A stretch of 64,000 nt of DNA from Oikopleura dioica (lineage: Eukaryota > Animalia > Chordata): assembly GCA_907165135.1 (NCBI GenBank), contig OU015566.1:13640001-13704000 (forward strand), read 5' to 3'. How positions within the stretch are numbered: position 1 is the first letter of the stretch; every line of letters starts with the position of its first letter. Below the pieces are notes generated by a model. It did not search any database, had not been told where the DNA came from, and was given only the letters and a program-made list of their open reading frames with translations. This document shows, one piece after another, positions 47,638-59,600 of the stretch. The position numbers and the translations under genes were made by a program.

Positions 47638-50600
47638 ATGAAACTGGGACTGCTGATATGGAAAAATTTCCTGATAAGGATTCGGCATCCAGTTCGGACG
47701 ATTTTTGAGATAATTTGGCCGCTCCTTATTTTTGTCATTTTGATAAGGGATTTTGAATGAAGAAAATGGCAATTTTCGACTCGAAAAAAATTTTTTCAAT
47801 AATAATTTTGATTTTCAAAACGAAAAACTGTCGGTTTTGTCGGCCTTCGAACCCACGCCCTTTTCTTCCGCAGCTTTTTTTAATCCCTGAAAAGATTTCG
47901 ATTCGCCTGAGCATCGATTTAAAAACCACTCCCGAATGTCATTTTCCGGCGCGGGCGCTTCCCAGCGCCGGTGTTTTTCCTTGGCTCCAGTCAATGTTCT
48001 GCAACTTAGGCCCGTGTTAAACATCGTGTTGATTAAATTCTACTTTTCCGCGTTTTCGCGAACACAGTGGGATAACACGTTGAAGGGACGGATTGAACCG
48101 GAATCTTTATTACTGTTTTTGTTCGTAAAATAAGACTCTATCAGCCTTAAATTCTAGCTGAATCGACCCGAATATAAAATTAACCGGTCAGTGGATCGGA
48201 TTTACAGAGACGTAGCGTAGGAACTCAAAAACTACCGCTTCACCTTTGCAAATTAAATATGATTTGCACGTGGATTATAGCTCTCTACCGGAGGTTCCCC
48301 GGAGGACCCGTCCAGCACACACTTCTGTAAACCCGTTAATCCTTGTTTCGCGTCTAAAAAAGAGATGACCAGGCAAATCACTGATTTGTTGAATACTGTA
48401 TCAGGGAGTAGGACGTTCAAGAGAGTTGGAAAACTCGTGGATTTGCTTTGGCGAGATAGGATCTCCCACGAAAATCCGCAATAAGACAGAAATACGACTT
48501 GCTTACAGCACGAAGTTCCATCTGAAGTACCAGGTAAAACTCAGTCTAACAGACATTTCGGCCGTTTCTGAGCAATCTTTTCTCCTTTGATCTTGACAGA
48601 GAGACGTTTCTGAAGCATCTGCAACAGAGAACATTCGACACATTTGTGTTTTCCTGATACATTCATCGTTATTTTTTGCTGATTCAAGGAGTTGATGATT
48701 CGATCAAGGATTTTTTTATTGAGAAATTATTCGAGAACAAGACGGAAGCCTGTTATTCCAATAAGAATCCACAGTCTTATGCAAGAAAAAAACGCACTGA
48801 TTCCAGGGCTGCACAATTGGATTGGAATCCGATTGGTTTCCAATTCCAATTGGATTGGATTGGTAAATTGGTTGGAAAAGGGGCGGGAAAATCAGGGTCT
48901 GTCCAATTGGATCGCCATTCCAATTGAAAAATGGGGGTCCAATTGGCAAGTGGTCGCCAATTGGTAAATTGGCAAAATGATTGGATCAAACCACCTCCAT
49001 CCACATCGGAAACCGAATTTCCGAACGCCCTTAAATTTAAAAATTAAGGAACGGGGCTGAGACGGCTCGAAGACTGCCTACAACCGTCCCGAAGACTGCC
49101 CAGCACCACCCACTACCCACTATTTCCACCACTTTTTGCCAACCTCAGCTTTTTTTATCAAAACGCATATGGGGGGTCGGGGACTCCCAGCACCAAAGCT
49201 TTTTGGTAGTACCAGGTAGTGCCAGAACAAATTTTGACTATTCGATTGATATTTTAACGAAATATTTCATTGGGAACAATAGTAGGCGGGTAAATAGAAG
49301 TGTATCCTGTCCGAATCTGTAAGTTTCCTACCACAGAACCCGCGCAGCGGGCGTTTTTGGCTGACTAAAATTGGTGAACTCATTATAAAAACTGAATTTT
49401 CCAATTAGAATCCGATTACTAATTAGAATTTGGCTGTCCAATTGGAAAACTCGTGCCAATTGGAAGCTTGATTCCAATTGCCGATTGGACAGCCAAATTT
49501 CCAATTGGAATTGGCATTGGATTGGAATTTGGTTGGATTGGCAAAATTTGGGTTGGATTGGATTGGCAGTTGGTTGGAAAAATCCAATTTTTTTGCCAAT
49601 TGTGCAGCCCTGCTGATTCCTCGCCTCTTGGACAGTCAGTTCTTGAGACTGTGCTCTCCCCGGATAAGGGAAATCATCGATCAGTGCAATATGCTTGTTA
49701 CCGCAATCTTGCGTAAGAACCGTAAAATAAAACTCGTCGCCGTTTTTCCTCGACCCATCATACTCGGAAACACAATCAAACCATGAAGCCTTCCTTCATC
49801 ACTCTAGCACTCTCATCAACACTCGTCTATGCCGATTTGATTGGTTACAACAGACTAGGAAACAATGTCGCGTACCGAAGAAAATCAAGCTCAAAAAGTA
49901 GCTTCAGAAAAAGGATGATTTTCGAGAGGCGCTACAAGAAAGCAGTGCTGAAATTTTTCGCAGAAAAAGAACTGTAGATCACTCTGTATAATCACCAATT
50001 TATTCCACTTTGTCATTTGGCGACTGTAACTGTTTAGTTTCAATAAAGAAATATCAGGGGCAGTCAATACAGGCTTATTTATCATCTTATAGGAAAAGGG
50101 CATTTTCTATTACAAAATTTGCAAATTAATAATTTCCTACTAGGACAAATTCGCCCAGAAAATTCCATGCTCGACGATTTGCTCACTCTTTGGATCAATT
50201 CGGAGGAAGATGATTCCACTCTTCTTCGAAATTTCAACAGCGAGGTCGAATCTCTTCGGCGAATAACGAGGCTCACTGGGAGGAGAATTTCTACAAATGA
50301 AACCGAGGCGAATAGTTGCGAGGGATGAGGGGCTAGATCCGATTCAAACTCGAATTCCAGTTTGAATTCAAATTGTTGTGAGAAAGAGACAAGCCCCGTT
50401 GAAAGGAAACGTGTGATCTTGAATGCCTCTTGAACGAGGAATGCTCATTCGAGCAGATGCAGGAAAAAGGGTTGAAATTCTTATGCAGCTCCCGTTGAGA
50501 GAAGGGAGAAAACATTGACGGATAGAGTCGGAAAGATGGTGAATTTAAAGTTTTATATTTTTTTTTTAATTTTAATAAAAACCATAAAGTTAAGAGTTTT

Positions 50601-53600
50601 TTTCATAAAATGTATTATTGAAAATTCAGAACATCGACTGTAGATTTACAACCCCTATCCCAAAAGCACCGGTTGCGAATAGTATCACACAAAAATAATT
50701 AAATGTCAACTAATATAAAAACCCTTCCAAAGCAACTTTTCAACGAATTCGCCCAGCTGGTCTGCCCATTTCACAATCATAACCTCTCCGAACTCCCAAC
50801 CGAGCCAGAAGTTCGAGCGATTCTCAAATCGATCCGACCACTTCTTACTTCAGATCTTCAAAAATCTCTTTGAAAAACTCGACAGAAGAATGGACGTGTG
50901 AGAAATTTCTGTACAACATTTCCCACGAAAGAATTATGTTGAAATTCTGGGAGACGTTCAAAGGACTGATCGCTGGAGAGATAATTTATTACCCAAAGAC
51001 GTCTTTGACTCAGGAAATAATGAAAAATGCTAATCAGACGTTTGAAGCTCTCGAAGATTTTGCCCAATTTACGAGGAGCGAGGAATTTCACAGATTCGCG
51101 GAAAAACTCGAAAGGAAAAGCGGGTTCAACGGCGCTAGAATTGTATCTTGCTTCTTTGGTTTGTTAAATGTCAAATTTGAACCCTGAATAAAGTGTCCTT
51201 GGCGCCGCAAATCTGGCGGACTTGGGCGAGAACTTGGGCCGCATCGTAGCCACGGGTCACCATTTTCGATTTTCGAGCCGGAAGGGATCATCCATTTTAG
51301 AAGGCATCCCTTCTGCGTTTTCATAAATTTCATAAACATACAAGCAAATACACGCTGACCCAGAGTTGAAAGGATGCTTCAAATTGGACAAAATTCGAGG
51401 GTTTGAGGATAAAGAAGCTCTAGGAAATGATGAAAATAAGAAGAAAGAGAATCTTTTTCTCGATAATTTTCAATTAAAATAAGGGGGTTTGCGTCGATAA
51501 ACCGAATTTTAAAGATGATCATTGTTGAAAACAGGCGACGATAAGGGTATTCCGACTTTATTCATAGGTATAAATGAAGCATGAAAAATGTGATAAAACG
51601 GGATCTACCCCCTTAATTTTTCTTTCGAATAGAATATGGAGACCCTTATCATCGCCTATTATCAGAAATGAGCATCTTGAAAAATCAATTTAATGACGTT
51701 TATCCCCTTATTTTAATTGAAATGATTTAACTGAAATTAAGGTGCTACCCCCTTAATTCATCTTATAGGATATTAACACGATTCTTTAATTGCGCTTAGC
51801 GTTTCGACACCCTTATTTTTCTTGAAAATCATCAATTTTCATCATCATCTAAGAATCGGAACTGGACGAGTTAATGTGCAGTACACCAGATTTGGTCAAC
51901 GACAAGAACTGCACCCCCTCACTCTGGGCAAGTCCTTCCTAAAAATAACCTCGCTGTCGTGTAAATTATTGTGCGAAAAGCCCGGCAATTAGTCGAGTTT
52001 ACCAAACAGTTGGTTATTCTATTTTGTTTTTGTCACGTTCTAAAATACGCGCTCACGTGACTCTTCGCCGCTTCATTTAAATTTTGAATAGTACCCCCGA
52101 AATTCCGAAATTCGTAATTACGCGGCAATCAAAATACGGTGGCTTGGAAAGTTATGACTGGGAGATTCCGATCATTCAAATTTTCATCTCGCGGGGGATG
52201 ATATCGCAAAGGCCGCGGTGCTTGAACTGAAGCTATCTCAACTATCTGACACCACACGTCGAGGGTCACATCTCTTACCCAAGCAGCACTAGAATAATTA
52301 TGCCAGAAGTGGAGTTTGTTGTTCATAGCACGCGACCGCGCGGTTTTTATATTTTTATCTGATCGACCTAGTAATACAGGCATTATTGGAGGAAAAAGGG
52401 TTGAGAATTTTTTTCAATCGAAAAATTTCTAGAACAAATTTGTTTTTTCTTAAAAAAATATTTTTTAATTCTTTTAAATTCCCAACCCGGGATAATAAAA
52501 AAAAGGAATTTTATAAATTAGTAAAAATAAACAAATATGTTCTAGAAATTTTCTAGAACCATTTTAAATAAACAAAGGAAACCAGAATTTTTAAATTGAC
52601 CAATATAAATAATTTTTTTTTCAATTCTTGGGGGCCCGAAGATCTAACCGAAACATCACTTATTCGTATCTTTCATTTGCCCAACGATTAATTTAAATAA
52701 ATTAATTAATTGGCAATAAACCTCTCATTTCTGCTCAAAATTCATTCTTCAGGGCTATGTCGAGTTCCAAACCCAAGATGGCGCTCCAGTCTCCCCTGAT
52801 CTCCTAGATCTCGACATCATCAAATACACAATTCGCATCACCCGCGACACCGTCACCTCAACCCTTTCTACGGCTCCGCTGTGGTGGACGTCCGGGTCTA
52901 AAAACGGCGGCAGGTGCTGTTTTTGGCGATACAAGATTTTAATGATTTCAACGAGTTTGATAACTCGTTTTGAGATTTCTATTTTGAGATATTTATGATT
53001 TTTGTTTCAGCCGAATGAAATATTTCTCCGGCGGCTTTATCTACATCCAAAACATGATCGACAACGGGATAATTTTGACAAAATCGAATCTTGAAACGGG
53101 CTGGAATTTTTCTTCGCTAAAGCAGCGCTAGAAAGGTAGAAAATTCCAGCTTCAGACAAAGTTCCCATGGGCGCTTACCTACAGATGTTTTCCTACCAGT
53201 GCTACACTTCCGATTCCTTCCTCGGTATGCCATTTTTTCTTCGTCCACTTTGCTCCGCCTCGTGGAACGGACGCGCTACTGTATTTGTTCAGATGTGATT
53301 TCTGGAATGATGCCGATTCTGCTGAGTTTGAGTTGGGTTTTTACCGTCGCAATTACTGTCAAAAACATTGTCTGGGAAAAGGAGTCGAGGCAGAAGGAAC
53401 TGATGAAGATGATGGGTCTATCAGGTTAAAAAGAAGATTGGAATTTTAACCCACTGGCGCATGGCTGGCATATTTTTGGACACTAATTTTTTTTTCGAGT
53501 TTTTTTTTTGAGCGTTAAAAATCGGGTTTTTAATTAAAAAACTCAATTTTTGTGGTAATTATGGCCAATTTTTTGCCAGTCATGCGCCAGGGGGTTAAAA

Positions 53601-56600
53601 TTCAAAAATCTTTTATAACAAAAAAAATTTTAGGCGGCACGTTGTGGGGCTCGTGGTGGCTGGACACAATGTCTATGATGATCCTATCGTGCACTGGGGA
53701 GGTTTATCCGACATTAAAATTCACCGAGCCGACATCTTCCAAGAGCTCCTTGAATATTCACCTCTTTAGAAACTTTAGAGCACCTAATTTTTATAACCAA
53801 ATTGCAAATTGACAGAACGTGGACTAGAAGAGGGGGGAATCAGATAAACCTCTTGAAAAAGATTGACTATCATTATTAAATATGGAGATATATTCCACCA
53901 CTCGGATGGATTCATCACGTTTTTATTCCTCTTTGGCTACGCTTTTGCCTCAGGAACGGCTCTAGAATTCCCTAAACAACAAATTTTTCGACCAAAAAGA
54001 GCCAAAAACAAGCTTCAATTGCTTTCCTGATTTCGACCTTTTTCTCTAGCGCGAATCTATCAGGCCAATTTTCTAAAAAAATCCGTGTTCCGTGGAGATT
54101 CGGTCTTTGAACCTCTAATTAGCTAGAATTTTGTGGAATTTCCTGCTCTTATCGAATTTGGAAGGACTGATTTTTGAACTTTGAATTAGCCGCCTGCGGT
54201 GGGATAATTTACTTCTTCTTGTACCTGCCGTATAATATGTGCGCGATTTGGGAGTTCAAAATTCCGAGATGGTTGAAGTTTATTGCTAGTTTGATACCTA
54301 CAGGATTGGAACTAATCATTTTCCTAATCAGAGGAAAAAATCAAATTCTCAGAAAGCATAGAATGACATTTTTTAAGAATTCTCCATGAGGCAATTTAGT
54401 TCGCAACTTGTATTGCGTTGTTTTTTCATCGACCTTTTCCCATTGAGCCTCGACAGAAGGAAGGTGTCTAAGAATTTTGACATGTCCTTCCGAAGCGGGA
54501 GAATTTTCCGACAGTACTGAAAATGGCACGAATGGCACGAACGGCACGAATGGCACGAAAACATGTCTTTTCATCGTGCCATTTTCAGTAAAATTCTAGA
54601 GACTTTTTTGTTATTGTTTTTCAACCCTTGAATTTCCTACCACTAAACCCGCGGAGCGGGCATTTATAACATGAATATTCAATGAAAAATTGCTCATTTA
54701 TGCTTAAATCACTATTATTTCGATTTTTAATCAATAACAATGGCAAAATTGAGGAATTTCACTCAAAAAAAATCTTTTTTAGGCCTGAATTCGTGGTCAA
54801 TTTAAAAAAGTTTCAAATTATTTTTTTTTTGTTTTTTATCATAATTAATGAACTTTTCAAGTTGTTAAATAACTATCGTTTCTACTTAATCCGTTAATTT
54901 CTCATTTTAATTCGAGATTTCCCTCAAGGTTAATTCGCAAAAAAATGTGTCTCTGTTTTCGTGCCATTTTCAGTGAATTCGTGCCATTCGTGCCATTCGT
55001 GCCATTCGTGCCATTTTCAGTATTGACCGAATTTTCCGGATCATAAGCATATTCAGAACTTTGGTTAGTAGCATCACTCTTTCGGTATAAAGATATATAT
55101 GAAACATCGCAGTCATATGTAAGCTCTTCGTTATGTGTTATACAGAGAACCATAGATAAATAGAATTCTGTCTTATTGAAAGGAGTACGTTCTTTCTCAA
55201 TGGTCACTTCAAGGTAACAGTTTCGAAAGCTGACTGACTTTTTTTGCGTTGTTTTTCCTGGTCTTGACATTGTCTCAAAATTATAGCTGTCATCTTATTT
55301 ATAAAATTAGAATATAATTATGACTCATAATTTATGAGGCCCTTCCTACAATCAAATATAAAAGCAAGATTAATATGGTAAATACCACAGCTTATAGCTT
55401 TAAGAAATCGCCGTATATCTTCGTTATCATGGTAGTCCTTGAAGTCTCTTGATAAAAGGTCATTTTCAGCTATAACAGTTAAATTTTTTAAGAATCGAAA
55501 TCTTACTTGCATTGATCATTTTCGACTCAGTAAGCAGTTTAAAATCGAGCGATGTCAGTTCGTAAACTGATTTTAATGAACGTTCAATTGTCTTGAGATC
55601 AGCTGACCGCTCATTTAAAATATCAATTCCAGTATCACATTTATCAAGAACCGCTAGAAAATTTTCTGTTCTTCCTCTTATGTCTTCAATTTCTCCATCT
55701 TGTTCTCGATTTGCAAGCAGCATATTTTCATGATATACTTCAAGATCAGAGACCTTCTCCTCCAACGTCTCATTTTTTAATCTTAGCTTCTCATAATTCG
55801 ATTCTTAATTATCGTTTTGTACTTCCAGATCAAAATTTAACATTTACTAAGACGCAAATTTTCTTCTTCCAGTTTTTGTATTCTTTCGATGATCGGTTTG
55901 AGCTGCTCATTTGCCACATTTTTCTGACTATCGAGTATCATGTTCCTATAACTACCAAGTGAGCTCTCGGAAAAAAAGGTTCGACTGGTAGATGTAGCAT
56001 CATCATTCATTTTTTTTTTTTGAATTCTCGTAGAGAACCAAGAAATAAATCGCTCTGATCAAATATGATCGGTGGAAAGTGATATTTAATTTTATTTTTA
56101 CGATAGTTCCATTGCAGTTCCCCTTGGATACGGGTCGTGGCAATTCTCAGATCTGGAAAAAGAAGGAACCGGTGCACAGTGGGGTAATCTCAACACGGAA
56201 TTTGGAATTAATCAGGATCGGATAAAGCCCCTTCCACGCCCAATTCTTTTCCCAAAATGACTGCTCAAAAACGAATATCCTCAAATAAAGCGCTACATGA
56301 ACATTGCCGAATGCACGCTAATGTTGTACTTTGACGGCGTTTTCTACTACTTCCTCGCTTGGTACATCGACAACGTTTTCCCAGGCGAATTCGGCGTTCC
56401 GCGAAAATGGTACTTTTTCATTCAGGCACGTTGGGAATCGAAAATTTCTTCTTGTACGCCACTTTGTCAAAATCATTTTCCGCGATTTCAAAAGTTTGTC
56501 GCGAATCATTCCCTTTCTAACAGCCTTCGTTTTGGACAGGAAAATCAAAGCGAAATACGAGCGAGGAAATTAGCAAAGGATCAGTAGAATCAGACAAAAC

Positions 56601-59600
56601 GGTGAAACAAGAGGCCGTCTCTGAAGAATTGAATACTGGAGTGGAATTGCAAGGACTCACAAAAATTTATAAAGTAAAGATTCAACTAGAAGCTACTAAA
56701 AGACGCTCTTGAAAATCAATGAGATCTGCGGCCTCTAGAACCGTTTTAGGCTAGGATAAATATATCCACGAGTCGCCATTTTAGGCGAAATTAGCCACGC
56801 AATCTTCTATCTTTTTGTCTATTATTGAATTTTAAATAGCTTCCGGCTGTCGGTCTGGCGAAGATAAACTAGCTGTGGATGATTTATCGCTCAAGCTTTA
56901 CTCAAATCAGATTACTTCGTTTCTGGGTCATAATGGCGCTGGTAAAACAACAACGATGAGATTTGGGTTCTATTTTTTCTTTCAATTTTCATCGTTTTTA
57001 AGGGTGTCAGAGGCTGTTAAACAGTCTCAGAGTCTAAAAAGAACGGTTATGCGTCGATGGGTTAAAATTTTTATGGAATTGATAAGCTCGAAGTTGATCG
57101 AAAACGCTGATAAAAAATAGAACCCGTGGTCCAGTATGCTAACTGGAATCTACACACCGAGCGGTGGAACGGCGCTTATTGACGGATACGATATCTGGAC
57201 TCAGATGGATCAGGTCCGGACGGTGCTCGGCTTTTGTCCACAGCACAACGTACTTTTTGAAGATCTCACTTGCGCAGAGCATATCGAATTCTTCTGCTCT
57301 CTCAAAGGTCAAAACAAAACCAAAACGAAGGTGGAAATCGACGAGCTTTTGGAAAAATGCGGATTGATGGCCAAAAAGCACCTGAAAGTTCCGACTCTTT
57401 CTGGTGGAATGAAACGCAAGTTGTCTGTAGCTTTGGCTTTTTGCGGCGGATCGAAAATTGTCCTCTTGGACGAGGAACGGAGATGGAAAAAATATTCCCA
57501 GTCGTGATTTGTATCCAAAACTTCGGTACGTGGCCACCCGTTTAAATTGCTTATCCCGTGGCCTAAATAGGACCTTCCGAACCGCGATTACGCGCCTCGA
57601 ATGGTTCTAAATTGCGTTCCAAAAGATTACATAATTTTATACGTAGACACTAGATTAGGGAAATTCAACGACATTCAACGACATTGTTACAAGCCTTTGA
57701 TGACTTTTTCTGGAGCTGGTGATTTATTCAACCAAAAAATTTACTTATGCGCATGCTCAAAAAGAGACGTAGAAAGCTGGTGATTATCGACCCCTATCTC
57801 CTTAATCTTACTGTAACCATGCGTTTTCAATGAAACAGGGGTTCTTTGAAGCTTTAGTTAAGTTTTAAATCGAGAAGCCGCTTGCGGCTTCGAGAACATA
57901 CTCTGAAAGCCGCGCTTTGCGCGGCTTTTCTCATGTTTCAGCTCGAAGCCGCAAGCGGCTTCTCGATTTGATACTTAACTGAAGCTACAGAGGAACCTTG
58001 TTTCCATAAAAACGCATCGCTACAGTAAAATTAAGGAGATAGGGGTCGATAATCACCAGCGTTTTCCGTCTTTTTTGAGTAGAAAGAGCAAGAAAACAGT
58101 AATTAAGCTCAAAAACCTACTTGTAGTCAGTTGTCTAATCTCCGCCGTAAGCCCACAGCGGGGGTAGACCCTTACGCCAGGCGTGGAATTTGGGACTTGC
58201 TCACAGGATTCAAAACGGGCCGGACGATCCTCTTATCGACCCACCACATGGACGAAGCGGACGTGTTGGGTGACCGCATCGCTATCATCGCGGCAGGTAT
58301 GCTACTTTCTATTTTCGTGAAGCTCATTTTTCAAAATTTTTGACTTATAAAAAATCTCTAGGGCGGCTAAAATGTGTCGGCAGCTCGCTTTGGCTGAAGA
58401 GTAATTACGGCGAAGGGTACTATCTGACAGTAAATACGCGTTTTCACGATGAAACGCGCGATGCTATCAACTCCTGCGGAAACGAACACTTAGATGTGGT
58501 CGAGACAAAGCTCAATAGTATCTCGTTTCGGGTACCTTATCATTTTGTCGAGCAGGCTCGGTTATCAAACTTTCTAACTTAATCAAATATCAGCGCTTCA
58601 AATACAAAAAAATCTCCCCTAAATTGATAATTTCGTGCTTGACGGCTAAAATTGTTAATAAAACATTGTCTTTAGGGCCAAAGATGGTCGATTATCAGGT
58701 TGAAAATGAGTTTTTCTTGCTTCTATTGGCTGATTTTTCGATATTTTTTCATAAAATTGAGAATTTCTCCTCCCTTTCCGATGTATTTTTGACAAACTTG
58801 GGCCCTCAAAGTCGATATTAAGCCGACAATCTTGGATTTCCGAGCCAAAAAAAGGACTTGATGTCAAAAATCCTCGACAAGCTCGAATCCAAAGAGCTTA
58901 ATGGCATCCACTCTTACGGCATCCGCGACTCCAGCCTCGAAGAAATCTTCATCAAAATCGCCAGCCAGGAAAAGGCATTTTCTCTTTCTAAGGAGCTCTA
59001 AATTCAACAGAAAACCACGTGAGATAAACTTCCCGCTGACCCTAAATATACACAGCGCCAAAAAGCCTTTTAAAAAGGATGAAAAAGAAAAAGGCAAAAA
59101 TTCGGAAGAGGAGGAGCCGGAAGGAAGGAAGAGCCTGTCGCTTTCTAGTAGTACTATTGAAGGGACCGGGAATAAAATCCACCCAGAATTAATCGACAAA
59201 GGAAGGAATGTGCAGGGCACGTTGGTCGGCGGCGCGCTCAGGAGGCAGCAGTTTGGGGCGATTTTTGAGAAACGAGCAATTACGGTTTCCAGGAGTATCA
59301 AGATTGGGTGCATTTTTTCATAGAAGAAATTTTTTTGATTGAAAATAGCTTTGCTTTACATTTTTATTTAATGGTATATGTCGAATAAAATTTTCTGACA
59401 GGAAATACTACTATTAGTATTTGAAGGACATTTCATTATTTTTTTAACACAGAGAAATATTTTTCAACTGATACTTTTCAGGTTTTTCTTCAGCGTAAAG
59501 ACGTCGAGCCAAACACGGGTTCAAACAAGAGTTGTAAGGGCATTTTATTCTCTGCATAACTTCATTTTTTTCTTTTTCACAACTGATTTTTTTCGCTTTT

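Noticed and set aside
47424-47708. 94-aa ORF as a separate small gene
   Set aside because: It overlaps, in another frame, the unmistakable first coding exon of ABCA ([10 protein letters not shown]...).
49783-50328. Signal-peptide-like ORF with dibasic sites resembling a neuropeptide precursor
   Set aside because: It lies between ABCA ectodomain exons on the same strand, and a phase-compatible acceptor (ctctag, about 49807) joins it to the preceding exon. It is more simply read as divergent ABCA ECD1 sequence.
54902-55030. NGT tripeptide repeat as a glycosylated protein segment
   Set aside because: It is a translation of the 9-bp AATGGCACG MITE arm.
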